Made by a program: the position numbers and the translations under genes
Notes under the pieces: generated by a model
The model's input: the letters and a program-made list of their open reading frames with translations, nothing else
What the model was told of the DNA's origin: nothing
The model's database searches: none
Source: Tubulanus polymorphus
Taxonomy: Eukaryota > Animalia > Nemertea
DNA length: 64,000 bases
Direction: 5' to 3'
NCBI RefSeq assembly: GCF_964204645.1
Contig: NC_134028.1
Location: 22,626,345 to 22,690,344, forward strand
Shown: one piece after another, positions 36,834 to 51,534 of the stretch
Layout of the letters: each line of letters begins with the position of its first letter
How positions within the stretch are numbered: the stretch's first letter is position 1

Positions 36834-36875
36834 ATTCCTGAAGATGACTTTAAGGATATAGTCGAAACATCGGAT
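36834..36875 (+). ncRNA. Minimal hammerhead ribozyme-like motif inside an inverted-repeat element (~36751-36947)
   Basis: AUUC-CUGAAGA-U-GACU(UUAAGGAUAU)AGUC-GAAAC-AUC-GGAU; flanked by inverted repeats ATAAAGTCCGAAAAGTT / AACTTTTCGGACTTTAT. Confidence 0.5.
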
Positions 36876-37975
36876 AAATAAATTCATAGCTGAAATAAAA
36901 ACTTTTCGGACTTTATCTTCCGTTTCATTAGTGTGGTATACTCTATAAGATGTATACTCAATATCTCACGGCTAGATTTCGAAATTGAAACGAAAACTAG
37001 TTTCGTTAAGAAGAGTTGCGGAGGAGCCGTGAAAAACTTGTGTCCTATCAGTTAGATACTTCAGAGTTTATACGTTATTACAAGGGGTCTTTTGAAACCA
37101 ACCGTGTCTCCAAGCTATAGGGCGTTACGCTGAGCCAGGAGATCTGTCTGCAATGTAATGAAATAATGAAGATAATGGGGCCACATGGAGAGAGGGTCAG
37201 TCAATCCTTTCTTTCTTGATCTGTTCATTTCTTTCTTTCTGACTGTCGCGTTCGTTCAGGTGATATTACGAATGAATAAAATGGAATTGTCGATAATAGT
37301 CAGGATTGTGGGAGGCCAAAATCTCAAATCCCTGACTACCATGTTGCGAGGTTTAAGTTCAAATTTCATTATGTAGTTTAGTTGCAACAAACATGTGAAA
37401 TTAACATGAAATCATCACGTATCATACAAGGGCTTTCATTCAGAAGAATTTAAAATGGAATTAACAAGAATGTTGTAAGGGTACTGGGACGACTCCGATA
37501 AAAGCGAGGAATCCACTTCTTTTTTTACTCATCAAAATAGCTACACAAGGGTTAAAAAATGGAATTCATCGCCTAATCCATCGCAGTATTCACTTATCAA
37601 CCCCCTCCCCCTGCCACTGAGTGTTACGGACGCGAAATACCCAATTCCTTTTCGGATCTAAGCTCTAGGGTCGAACTACACCCACAAAACTAACGACGAC
37701 ACCAGACGTATAATATTACAACAAACGCACATTTATTATAGTACTTGTATATATATATAGTTTACTGACTTTGCCAAAAAGTTCATTACCGATTAATCTT
37801 GATCATTTCCACAATTCGACGATAATGAGGTTCATTGTGTGACCGCCCCCTCTGCTTGACCCTCATTCTTCTTTCAACCCAGCTTGGTATTTTGTTGTGT
37901 TCAAGGCGTTTACTAAAAACATGTATTATAAAACGATTTCATGCTCAAACATGCTCAAATTGTATATACTTTGAA

Positions 37976-38476
37976 AACGGTAACAGGTAAAAATCCCCAC
38001 GGTAAATAGCCCCCCCCCCGGGTAAACATCCCCCCAAAATTGATTTCACAGCAATATTCAACAAAATACTTCAATATTCTTATGTTGAAAAACTTATGGT
38101 AGTTTTCAAAATTTTCTGATTTTCCGTGATGTTTTTCACAATATTCACCTTGGATAATCGATGACTTTGATCAAGCTACGTGCATAAAGATGACATTATT
38201 CTGTGACTTTTAGCTAGTAACATGCATAAAAATTATATTATCGTATTTCTTAAAATTTCTATGAAGAAATCTAGTTTAAAAGTAATGGCAAAATATCTGT
38301 GTACCTATCTATGTACTACGTATTATTGTAAAAAGTATTATCTGTTTGCATTTAGGTTTTTTACTTAAATTTGATAGAAAACTGAAATTGGGGGGATTTT
38401 TACCGGGGGATTTTTACCGTGTGGGATTTTTACCGGGGGGATTTTCCCGGGGGGAGAGGGATTTTTAACTACATTC
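37976..38476. mobile_element. Non-autonomous DNA transposon with subterminal inverted repeats
   Basis: Left GGTAAAAATCCCC-type repeats (x3) and right GGGGATTTTTACC-type repeats (x4-5); internal part is also found at ~6255-6580. Confidence 0.7.
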
Positions 38477-41400
38477 TTTGAAAACAGTGATGTTTTCTCA
38501 GGTCTCAACAATCGATTCAATCATCGTTGTACCACTTGAATCGTCGGTCAATTATACGCACACAATTGGTCCATCGTGGTTCGATAATTTTCTCATCATT
38601 TCATACTCGAACTTCTGAGGAATAAACAGCGGTCTCCCACTAGACTGACGCATGTGCTTAGTTTCTAGGTGATTCGGTTTTGTAAGGTCAGTATCTTCAA
38701 GGCGATTTCAATTTCAATCCCTCATAACAAAGGGTGACTCCATGCTGCCAATTTTAGATAGATAGAATGATGAATGATTTTTCTTTCATACTGGTTAGGG
38801 TACATTGACCGTACGTCCGAGCTTAATGTTGATCGAATTTGCAGTTTCAAGATGAGCTTCCTGAATTCTAATTGGCCAGAGAACAGATTAGCAGATGCTT
38901 AGCAGATTATTGAGGAGTCAGCGTTGCCTTCTTCGCGTATGGTCTTATGAAATGATAGAAACGTATGTCCACTATAGACATAAATCCTCGGTAGAGAGTT
39001 GAGGTAGTTAAATAAGCATAAAAGCGTTTAAACACGATGAATCCCATTTTCAAATGACTAGATAAGTTTATTGATTAGATATTACGTCAGTTGATTTTAT
39101 TGATATGTTATCCATTTGTAGTCACTAATTAATTGTTTTATACCTGATGAGGGAAATGTTCCCTTATTTACTCATTTGAAAATGAGATTCACCTTGTTTA
39201 CGCTGTTATGGTTATTCCACTATAGACAATCTGGGGCGTAGCAACCGATGCGACATATGCGATATGCCTCATTCAAAAATATCAATAATGTTAATGAGGG
39301 CACGTGTTTATTCAGACTGTTTTCGTCGTTATGACTAGTGGTCAGTAAAGTCTGAACTCTATGTTGACCTTCAGCAGAGCTTACATAATTAAGCCAGACT
39401 CGGTCGGTGCGTGTTTATATAAAGTAAGTTCAGATTTCATAATTAAGTGTCATTAAATCCAATCAGATATTATATACATCAACTATATACAAAGTTAATA
39501 GATTAAAAACGAGATTCATTGCTCAATATAGACAAAAGACACAGCGTTTGGGCTCTCACTAATCAGCGTCAAATCGTGTTTTCAATTCATGTGCTCCAAC
39601 TCAGAGTTAAGCTATTCTACTTCCAGACTCATTCATTACTACCCTGAGTCGAATCAGTAAACGGTGCTATGAATTTATTCGTCGTCGACGTTCGTAACGC
39701 CCATGGCCAGGTACATGACTACAGTCGTTAGAGAAACAACCGGTATTTACAGAAAGAATAACCCTGATTAGAGAATGCGGCGTGAGCAGGGTAGCCTAAT
39801 TACAAACCAGACCGATTGATAATAATTAACGTTAACTTACGAAGTAAATGATTACAGAATAATGATAGTCATATATGATATACTGGCGAGATGTATAAAT
39901 ACATAAGGGCAGTAAGTGGTAATATTAATTACATAATAGAGACCAAAAGCTAGAATAAATCTAAGTCCTGATTTGAAATAGCTTCATATAAATGATGTAT
40001 GTATAGGTCACGTTCTGTAGTGCGACATAAATCCGTGATGTATATTAAGTCCGAGATTATTAGCAGCGTCGCGTTGAGTGAGTTTCGTTCCGTATATTAA
40101 TTCTTGCAAATATTCATTGGAAGTATTTATTTTATGTAGCCTCGGAACATGTTGTTTTTTTAGTGGTGTGGTTTGGGAGATTTACATTTTTTGCCGATTC
40201 GTTATAACGAGTGTATAACCGTTCAAGCGGTGACGTAATGTTTAGTCCGGTTTGCTTGCAAATGATTACTACAAGGTCCGGTTTAGTTCTGGGCCGGTAT
40301 CGTGTACGCTGACACGTACAAATTATTGGAGTCGCATGTGTAGGGTCCAGCGACATTAATTATTCATCTACAAGGATTATTATGTATGACTTGGCTATGA
40401 CGAGGGTCGTTGAAGTACTGATGCGCAGGCAGTTGACATCTCGATTTGTTGCAGGGGCGAGTATATTTGTTGTCCAGGCCGTCGCATTCCATTTTCTTTC
40501 CCGAACACTAGTTTCGAGTATGATGACAATGATGATAAGTCATAATACCTTAATATCCCCTTAAGGATGCGCTCATTGGCCTCACGATAAAATCAAAGAA
40601 ACCATACATATATTCCTATTTTCGTTGAAATAACCTTCTCTAGCACGATATCTTAGATGTCCATCTATGCTACGCTATAAAGCCTAACCATGTACTACTC
40701 AAAAAGCTCGCCATAGATGACCTCACTTCCACTAACAACTAGATTTCAAAGCATCAATACAACGTGTCTATATCAAGCCTCGGGCTCCAAAGTCTTAGTT
40801 ACCATGTTTTCCAATGGTTTATAGATACCGGTCATGTGTTGTCTCATGGATATTTAAACTGTTCATGACTGTATTCAAGCCAATGGTAGAGAATTAATTT
40901 AGCTGATAGCTATCAGAGATATCAAATTATGGCGTACAATTAGAATTACGAGAATACGTTGATAACAATTCGTGTACTTGAAAGATGAAAGATTGAGCAC
41001 CAAAACAAGAAATTCTAGTCATTCTAACTCAGCAAAACGAAATTTTGAAAGTTTGCGACCCTGTCGCCTTTGCAACTTGTTTTTGAATGATGTATATTTT
41101 GCCCAACATACAGTATACGTAATCAAAATATGGACTTGGCATCGCTACGAGAATGGAAGTAACATTTATATGAGTAGTATTGAAATCCTCGTAAAAATTC
41201 AAACCATGAACTAGAAATAGATAAGAATAAATTTGATATCAGCGTTAGATATTCATTAATCAAAAGATAATAAACAATATGGATGCATGTATGCATGATA
41301 TGATGTTTGTATCAGTGCGTCAACTGGTTTTTATTTATGCAGTTAAGCCGAGTATATATCATATACACAAATGGACTGCATAAAAACCAGATGACACTAT

Positions 41401-42267
41401 GAATTAATTTTTTCAGGACGTACATGGGCCCCATTTGCCTTAAAAATCGCGTTACATGAACTCATCATTTTGTCTAACTCTAACAATTTCTAGAAATCTG
41501 CTTAATTCTTATTATTTGTATGAGATCGTGTGTGATCTCGTGGTCTTGAGAAATGTTTAGAACAGTTTAATCAGGTTTGCACTATTAAGTTGACAGTGCT
41601 ATCGTTACCGATCTTTCGGTTTAAAACACAATGGTTGCTTATCGCGCTGCAGAATCTAATGCATTGGCATTGAGGACCGGGCATTACTGCTAACAAATCA
41701 ACAATCGATTCTAACCGATTTGGTCAGTCAGGGAACTTTTCAACACTGTCGAAATCGTATGACGAATACAATAGTCCGTACAATCCACATGACCTTGCCT
41801 AATCCGGTGTGTTCTAACAGGTTGTATTTGAATGATCATGCATTAATCGCGCCGATCACACACAGGAAACACGCAGTGCGAACTTATCTCCGTAAGTCAG
41901 TCTATCAAGTCTACCTACGCTAGTTTTTTTTAATGGTCATCAATTTCTTTTTAGGCGCCTTAAGGTAACGTAGTACGCAAGGAACAAAGTTTAATGTTCT
42001 CGATTTCTACTAGAAGGCCGTATGGTAATTATATAAGCATTCGAAGATATGGAAATACATGGAGTATTGTTCTCGGTTTGAGGGCGAACCCGAAACCTGA
42101 ATTATCAGATTTGTAAAGTGACTTTCATAAGAGTAACAAACGGTCAGACGGTTATAAGTACTAATATACGATTCGATAAGTATAAGAAGTAAAACTAGTG
42201 ATTACCACCCGATAAGTTCCGATAAGATCCGATAAGATTAAGACAGTGCTTTAAATAATTTCACACA

Positions 42268-44555
42268 ATGGTTTACGAAAAAGTCTCTGGTGGAGACCAG
42301 GAAGAGCCGCCTATAGAAATGAAAGCAGTGGATGGCGAAGGCAGTACAGATGAAAATGATAAGCCTCCAACTTTTGATGACATATTTAAGATTATCGGCG
42401 AAGTGGGGCTCTTCCAGGCGTTCATGTATATCATGTACGTACTCATAGAAGGAAATGGTGCGAACATAATCATGTATTTCGTATTGGACGTAGCTGATCC
42501 TGGTTGGACCTGTCCTGACTCCGGTGGTAAGAATGTATCGTCATTTGATGCAGTTGAGGAGGGAACATGCGACGCCTCCGGGCTTCCGTGTACAAACTTC
42601 ACTTTTAGCCCGGAGTATACCAGTACCATTACGGAAGTAAGTAGAATAAAGTTGCATCGGTTCATAATGTAGAGGCTCCAATTTTTTCTCAGCTTATTGA
42701 TTCTTTTACATTTTCTAGTGGAATTTGATTTGTAATCGCAAGTTCATAGCATCGACAATGACGAGCGTATTTTTCGTTGGTAATCTGATCGGGGCGATCA
42801 TTTTCAGTCAAATAAGTGACCTGTTCGGTCGGAAAAAAGCACTATTGACGTCCTGGGCAGCTTCGATGGTTCTACAATTCGCATCGTCGTGGGCCCCGAC
42901 GTGGGTTGCCTATATGGTTCTTAGGTTTTTTACGGGTATAAGTGCCGGTATGTGTCTCTGATATACACTTCATAAGTAGTTACATGCATGTATGTGTTCC
43001 AAATTAAACTAATGCATCTTTCTAATTTACAGGTGGATTGATTGCAGTAACAACCGTTGTGATTAGTGAATTTCTTGGCCCAAAATGGCGCTCACTGGCT
43101 ACTAATCGTATCGGGTGGCATTTTGGTCCAGGGATAATGATTATGTCCGCGTATTTACTGAGAGAGTGGCGCTATGTTAGCATAGTATTAAGTGTTTGGA
43201 CATTGCCAGCTTTCTTTATCGCTATATTGTACGTATTATCACGTGGGCCCTTTTCACACTGGTGTCAACTATTTCGCTTTTCACTGTCCTTGAATTCCTT
43301 TGTAGTTTTCTACCGGAGAGCGCTCGATGGCTCATTCAAAAGAAACGTTACGATGAAGCGGAATTCTGGGTGAAGAGAATGGCGATGATGAACAGACGAA
43401 CGGTTCCGAATCTGAATATTTTCATACGTAAAATGGGAGACAACGAAAAGCGACCCTCGTCACAAAGATATACGTATCTCGATTTATTCAGATCTAGAAG
43501 TATGGCGGTTATGAGTTTGTGTGTAATGTATGCGTGGTAAGTTTTGATGTTGAAAAAGATTCACTCATTGATCACGTGATGAAAACTAAGTAATTGTTTC
43601 TTAATTCTGGAAACTGTTTCAGGTTTTGTTCGTCGTTTATATCGTATGGTATAGCCGGACAGATGAGTACATTGACTGGAAATCTCTATTTGAATCTTGG
43701 AATCAGCATGTGCGCTACTGTCGTTATCCGATGGTTCATCTGTATCTATGTGCCAAACTGGTAAGTTTTTCAAGCTGCGTCTTCGTTAATATGAGGGATA
43801 TTCATAACGGTTTTATCATACCTAGTCTGCTCATTACTTAGGATCGGACGGCGAAAAGCGTACCCCTTATTCATGGGAATCACCGCTATCTGCATGCTGA
43901 CTGTACTCATCCTTGACATACTGAAAGTAGCAGAGAATAGATTACCGCAAACTATCGTTACAATGGTATCTTCAGTAGTGATGTCGGGAGCGTGGGGTGC
44001 ATCGCTGCTGTTTGCTACTGAGCTCTACCCAACCATGATGAGGTAATCTATAGATTCTAATGTTCTAAAGACTTTTGAATAAGGAAGACTGGATGTCAAA
44101 AACATTTTCTTTTTCAGGAATATATCAACTGGAGCAGGTAATGTGGCCGCCAGAATAGCAGGAATCATCGCCCCTCAGGCCGCTTTATTGGTGAGTTTTT
44201 ACCGTAGAAAATAAACTATTGTAATTTTTTAATGGTCGTGATGATTTGGCATTTTCTTAACGTATTCGGTGATATGTGTATTAAAATTCCTTTTTTTCAT
44301 TTTCAGGACATGTATCATATATCTGCCCCGTACGCTGTGTACGGGTTTTTCGCTATCACCAGTTCGATAGCCGTGTACGTGCTGATACCGGAAACGTACG
44401 GGCGGCCATTACCAGAACATTTAGACGATGTTATTACAACTTCAAGGGTTAAGGTCAAGGCCATAAACTCGTCAGATTTACAACCGTTGCCAAAATTGTT
44501 GAATCACAATAGTTCATCCATAAAGGATGAAACCACTGCCGCTGAAAAGGTGTAG
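42268..44555 (+). CDS. SLC22-family transporter, copy C, 8 exons
   Basis: GEVGLFQ, STITEWNLICN, SDLFGRK, PESARWL, ELYPTMMR, IPETYG motifs; GT-AG introns. Confidence 0.92.
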
Positions 44556-45442
44556 ACTAACTTAGGATTTGTCATCGCATTCACAAAACAACAGACAAAT
44601 TTGTTTAACTTAAGTCACTTGGTATAGTAGCTGCAACAGGACCAATCATGTTCGATTAGAATATGTTCAAGAGCAGTCGATGGATTAGTTAGGTCCGTAT
44701 ATCAACCCAATTCTCAGCGAGACAACCTGATGGTCTCCACTTATGCTAGAAACCGTGTTTCGCATGCTGAATTGTGTACTTAGAAAAAAAAGAAATGTAT
44801 TCGTCTTGCAGCGAAACATTCGACTTGGTGCATGTAACTTATTGAACGATTGGGGAAGTGCACTATTATTACAGAAACAGACACTTGTTTGACTAAAACG
44901 TGATATCTGTCAACCTAGATTCGTGCATCGCGCAACATCATCTTCCTGTCACAAGTCGAGCGTTAATATCATTAAATTTATACTCGCCAAGCACGTAATT
45001 AGAATTCAGCTACACGTTTATTAGGAAGTTCCCTCATTTCCATTGTATTTGTTCAATGAAATGACGTAATTGTGGAATAATGATATACATTGTGTATGTA
45101 ATGAAACGCTTGTGTTACTGGTTTATAGAAATAGATGGCATATACGTATAAAATACTTTCAGTACTTGTTGTTGCTATTTCCTTTTTGCGGGTCGTGTTG
45201 ATTACTCATTATTTGCCGCCAGTTTCATGAAAGATCCGATTCATTGTACCTGATAGTGCAATCTGAATCAGTCGACCCTTTCCATTCATACTTCAATCAT
45301 TATACCCATTCTTGAGCCAACGAACTATTAGCCCAAATAGAGTAATTAGACGATTTTGTCTGTATAGCGCTTCACTGAAATACAGTTCATCCGTCATATT
45401 CAGTATCAGATACCAAAATAAAACGACTGTTGTTAACCAGCT

Positions 45443-47714
45443 ATGGTTTACGAAAATAACTACGAGGAAGAACGTAGGTTACCTACAGAAATGGAAACAG
45501 TGGACGAAGAGGGCAAAGCTATTGAAAATGATATACAGCCAACGTTCGATGACATATTTAAGATTATCGGTGAAGTGGGGCTATTCCAGGCGTTCATGTA
45601 CATCATGTACGTACTTATCGAAGGAAATGGTGCGAATATCATCTTGTTTTTCGTGTTAGACATAGCTAATCCGGGTTGGTTCTGTCAAGATTCCGGTGGT
45701 ATGAACGGCTCATCTGGTTTAGTGGAAGGAACATGCGACGCCTCTGGGCCTCCGTGTACAAACTTCACTTTCAGCCCGGAGTATACCAGTACCATTACTG
45801 AGGTAAGTAATATTCAATTCATGCATACATGTTGAGAGTTAAGCTTTCGTTTGCTTATCAAAGCGCTTCGAACTAATGCACTCCTCGTCTTTTTTCTCAG
45901 TGGAATTTCATTTGTAATCGAAAGTTCATAGCTTCGATAATTACGAGCGTATTTTTCGTCGGTAATCTGATCGGAGCGACCGTTTTCAGTCAAATCAGCG
46001 ACTTATTCGGTCGGAAAATAGCACTATTGACGTCATGGGCGGCTTCGATGGTTCTACAATTCGCATCCTCCTGGGCTCCGACGTGGGTTGCGTATATGGC
46101 TCTAAGATTTTTTACAGGGATAGGTGCTGGTATGTATCTCCTTTAAACCCCGTTAAGTACTGCGCGTGTTTATTTGTTCTAGTGTAAACTAAGGCATCTG
46201 TTTGATTTGCAGGTGGATCACTCGCAGTATCAACCGTTGTATTAAGTGAATTTCTTGGACCGAAATGGCGCTCATTGGCTACAAATCGTATCGGGTGGCA
46301 TTTGGGTCCAGTGATCATGATTGTGTCCGCGTATCTGTTGAGGGAGTGGCGCTATGTTAGCATAGTACTAAGTGTTTGGACATTACCAGCTTTCTTTGTC
46401 GCTATATTGTACGCATTATCACGTGCGCCCTTTCAAAACTGTCAACTATTTCGATTTTCACTGTCCTTCAATTAAATTGTAGTTTTCTACCGGAGAGCGC
46501 TCGATGGCTCATTCAAAAGAAACGTTACGATGAAGCGGAATTCTGGGTGAAGAGAATGGCGATGATGAACAGACGAACGGTTCCGAATCTGAAGATTCTC
46601 ATACGTAAAATGGGAGACAACGAAAAGCGACCCTCGTCACAAAGATATACGTATCTCGATTTATTCAGATCTAGAAGTATGGCGGTTATGAGTTTGTGTG
46701 TAATGTATGCCTGGTTAGTTTCATTTTTCAACGAGATTCACTTATTGATGACGTGAATGAAATTTTTCGACGCGTTTTCGAAAATCTTAAAACTTGTTTC
46801 AGGTTTTGTTCGTCGTTCATATCGTACGGTATATCCGGGAGAATGAGTACATTGACTGGAAACCTCTACCTTAATCTGGGATTCGGTATGTGCGCTACTG
46901 TGCTCGTGCAATGGGTCATTTGTGTCTTTGTGCCAAATTGGTAAGTTCTCCAATGTAAGACTGGGTACGGGCACCAACTATTATCTGCATTCGAATTATT
47001 TCTTAGGATTGGACGGCGAAAAGCGTACCCCTTATTCATGGGAATCACCGCTATCTGCATGGTGACAGTACTCATCCTTGACATACTGAAAGTAGCAGAG
47101 AATAGATTACCGCAAACTATAGTGATCATGATATCATTAATGGTTATGTCTGGAGCATGGGGTGCGTCACTTTTGTTTTCGGCGGAGCTCTACCCGACCA
47201 TGATGAGGTACTTAAGAAACTGATGAAATTAAAGACTTAACAAAATACAAGGTATAAAAAACGGTTTCTTTTTTCAGGAATATATCAACTGGAGCAGGTA
47301 ATGTGGCAGCTAGAATTGGAGGAATCATCGCTCCTCAGGTCGCTTTATTAGTGAGTCTTTACCGTTGATAGAATTCTATGTTGTAACTTTCAATGGTCAC
47401 GATGACTTGCATGTTTTGAACGTACTTTACGATCCGCGTATCAATATTTCTTTTTGCATTTCCAGGACGTGTATCATATATCTGCCCCGTACGCCGTGTA
47501 CGGGTTTTTCGCTATCACCAGTTCAATAGCCGTGTACGTGCTGATACCGGAAACGTACGGTCGGCCATTACCAGAACATTTAGACGATGTCATTACAAGT
47601 CAGAACACTAAGGTCAAGGTCATAGAATCATCAGATTCACATCCGTTGCCAGAATTGATGAACCACAACGGTTCATCCACAAAGGACGAAACCATTGCCG
47701 CTGAAAAGGTGTAG
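45443..47714 (+). CDS. SLC22-family transporter, copy D, 8 exons
   Basis: Close tandem paralog of C with the same exon structure. Confidence 0.92.
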
Positions 47715-48485
47715 ATTAAACATGCTTGTATAGCGCGTATACAATTAAGACAGAAAAATTTTTGATTAACTTGAGTCACTTGGATTAGTAGCCGTATCAA
47801 AACCAATCATGATCGATTAGAATGTGTCCTTGCGGTATCCGCTAATGCTAGAAACTGTAGTTCTCGTGTTGATTTGAGTGTATTTGCCTTCCACCAAAAC
47901 ATTCGTGGTGCGTTTAACTTATTGGACAATTGGGGAATTGCGCTATGATAACCGAAACGCCCTTTGGACTGAAGTGTGATATCTGTCAACCTAGTGTCTT
48001 GCTACCTTACATCTTCCTATCCCAAGTTGAGCGTTACAATCGGTTACAATCGCCATTTTACTCTTCAAATTCTGGTAGTTTGAATTCAACAGTCACGTTT
48101 ATTATGAAGTTACCTAATTTCCACTCTATTTTCAATGTAAATGTAGAAGATGAAATTCATGATAAAACATTTTTTATACTGGTATATACAAAGTATTGGC
48201 ATATATTAGATATCCAGCGTTGTTATATTTTCATTTTCGCGGTTGTTATGTTTTCATTTTTGCGAGCGATTTAATGAATAACTAATTGACTCCAGTTTCA
48301 TCAACGGCCCCGATCCATTAACTGATTGTGCGACCTGCGTTAATGCACTCCGTCTATTCTTCATTATTTTTACCCAATCATGTACCGACGATTAGTCCAT
48401 ATAAACTAATTGCATGTTAATGCATTGGAATACACGACATCATTCAATGCATCCTAGGCACCAAGAACGCACGTCATCGACAAAA

Positions 48486-50857
48486 ATGGTTTACGGAAAT
48501 GTCTCAGATGAAGACGTTAAGTTACCTACAGAAAATGATGCAGTAATCGATGAATGCAATGCCGACGAAAATGAGAAACCACCGCCTTTCGATGACGTAT
48601 TTGATATAGTCGGTGAAGTGGGGCTATTCCAGGTATTCATGTACGTCATGTACGTACTTATGGAAGGAAATGGGGCGAATGTTTTTATGTTTTTTGTATT
48701 GGAAATAGCTAATCCAGGTTGGTTCTGTCCTGATTCCGATGGTATAAATGGTTCGTCGGCTGATTTCGTACAAGGAACATGCGACGCCTCTGGGCTCGCG
48801 TGTGCAAACGTCACTTTTAGGCAGGAATACACCAGTGCCATTACTGAAGTGAGTAAAATATTTCATAGATGTATGTTGAACGTTCAGCTGTCGTTTGCTT
48901 GTCTAAGTACGTTGAACAAATCTACTGGTCACTTTTCCTTCTAGTGGAATTTGATTTGCAATCAGAATTTCATAGCATTGGCAATGGTGGGCATCTGTCT
49001 CGTTGGTGTTCTGATCGGTACGGCGATTTTTAGTCAAATAAGCGACTTATTTGGTCGGAAAAAACCACTATTGATATCGTGGGCAGCTTCGATGGTTCTA
49101 CAATTTGCATCATCCTGGGCTCCGAGTTGGGTTGTGTATATGATTCTCAGATTTCTTACGGGTATAAGTGCTGGTATGTATCGCCTTTACAATCGATGAA
49201 CGCGCGTTTATTTGTTCTAGTGTTCACTGATGTATCTTTCTGGTTTGCAGGTGGATTACTCGCAGTTTCAACAGTTATGATAACTGAATTCCTTGGCCCG
49301 AAATGGCGCTCACTGGCTACTAATCGTATTGGGTGGCATATTGGCCCAGCGATCATGATTATATCTGCGTATTTACTTAGAGAGTGGCGCTATGTTAGCA
49401 TAGTAATAAGTGTTTGGACCCTGCCTGCTTTTTTGGTCGCTATATTGTACGTATAATTACGTGGACCCTTTTCAAACTGGTGTCTACGATTTTGATTTTC
49501 ACTGTCTTCGAATTCCTTTGTAGTTTTCTACCGGAGAGCGCTCGATGGCTCATTCAAAAGAAACGTTACGATGAAGCGGAATTCTGGGTGAAAAAAATGG
49601 CAATGATGAACAGACGAACGGTTCCGAATCTGAATATTCTCATACAAAAAATAGGAGAGAGCGAAAAGAGACCTCCGTCGAAGAGATATACGTATCTCGA
49701 TTTATTCAGATCTAGAAGTATGGCGGTTATGAGTTTGTGTGTAATGTATGCCTGGTAAGCTGAAAACTTTGACGAAAAATATATAACACTGAATATATCT
49801 GATATGAGGAAGATTCCATACGACGTTTTGATTTGTATTTCTAATGTTATGCAACATCTTAGTACATACGTATAGCCGAAATGGCATGAATTTCACTATG
49901 TGATAACTTGTTCGTTACATCGATCTCGGAATTATCTAGGTTTTGTTCGTCGTTTATATCGTATGGTTTAGCCGGGAGAATGGGTGCATTCGTTGGAAAT
50001 CTCTACCTGAATCTGGGAATCAGTATGTGCGCATCCATGTTCGTCCAGTGGATTATTTGTGTCTATGCGCTAAACTGGTAAGTTCTCCTAGTGTACGACT
50101 GGGTACGGGCAACTTCTATTATCCGCGTTCATATTATCTTTTAGGATCGGACGGCGAAAAGCGTACCCCTTATTCATGGGAATCACCGCTATCTGCATGC
50201 TGACTGTACTCATCCTTGACATAGTGAAGGTATCAGAGAATAGATTACCGCAAAATATAGTGATATTGATATCATTAGTGTTTATGACCGGAACGTGGGG
50301 TGCATCGCTGTTGTTTTCGGCGGAGCTCTACCCGACCATGATGAGGTAATCTATAGATGTTGATGATTTCCTCGTTTCGGGTGTGAATAGATTTCTCGGA
50401 AAACTGTGTGCTAACTTCTTCAGGAATGTGTCAACCGGAGCAGGTAATGTGGCAGCCAGAATTGCAGGAATCATGGCCCCTCAGGTCGCTTTATTGGTGA
50501 GTTTCTGCGGCAGAAATAAATACATTTGTGCCATGTCAATATGGTCGTGATGACTTGCATGTTTTTGGCCGTATCTAATGATTCCTGTATTGAGATTCCT
50601 TTTGTGCATTTCAGGACATGTTTCATATATCCGTCTCGTACGCTGTCTACGGGTTTTTCGCTATCACCAGTTCAATAGCCGTGTACATGCTGATACCAGA
50701 AACGTACGGTCGACCATTACCGGAACATGTAGACGATGTTATTACTTCAAGGGTCAAGGTCAAGGCTGTGAATTCTTCAGATTTGCTTCCGTTGCCAGAA
50801 TTGATGAATCCCAACAGTTCACCCATACATGACGAAACCGCCGTCGAGAGGTTATAG
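48486..50857 (+). CDS. SLC22-family transporter, copy E, 8 exons
   Basis: Close paralog of C/D; start chosen at MVYG by homology with C/D (MVYE). Confidence 0.9.
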
Positions 50858-51534
50858 AATTAGAGGGAAATGAAGTTAACTCGGATTTGACCCACTTGAG
50901 ATAGCATTGCTTCGACACAGGGAATTTTCTCAGGGGAATAAATAGTAAATAAATGAGAGATCAGTTTTTTCTTGTTTAATTATGATCTGGTTTCTCGCCG
51001 TTTCCACATCGAAATGTCTGAACTTTTTAACTCAGTTAAATGTCGTGAAACGAAGTAAATGATTGCTACCTGGAATCGTGACTTACGCGTGAAAACTTTA
51101 CAGGTCGTATTTTCATTAGGTTTTCATTGATTGATGGCATGAATGCTGTGTCGTTGTCTGACAGCCGTTTTCTCTTCGCGAATACGTCTCAGTAATGATT
51201 ATGTGCCGATGGTTAGAAATCACTAATCTATTGAAGCAACAGGTGGCATAAACTGTGTAAGTATTATGGATTGATGAATAAGGGGTTTAATCACCAGGGC
51301 AACGCATTTAAATATACGAATCGTTTATACGTGTTTAGCACAGAAAAGTTCATACAGTCGAATCTCGCTGAATCAACGTAAACCTCAGTATTACGATGGA
51401 TTTGAGAATTCCCGGTTTTTCTTGTAGCATTTTCCTATGAAAATGTGTGCTTTAGAACGATCACGTTAATACGTAACTCCCAGTAATACGATGTAAAATT
51501 GTATACTGATAAATGCTGTATCTTTTAGGTAATT

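Noticed and set aside
37000-42200. 5-kb gap between SLC22-B and SLC22-C searched for hidden genes
   Set aside because: Only short ORFs without motifs or a consistent splice chain, plus repeat remnants; a non-coding or micro-exon gene cannot be excluded.
48414-48485. In-frame upstream ATG extending SLC22-E by 24 aa
   Set aside because: Paralogs C and D start at the MVY-equivalent Met, and the extension aligns to upstream non-coding sequence.
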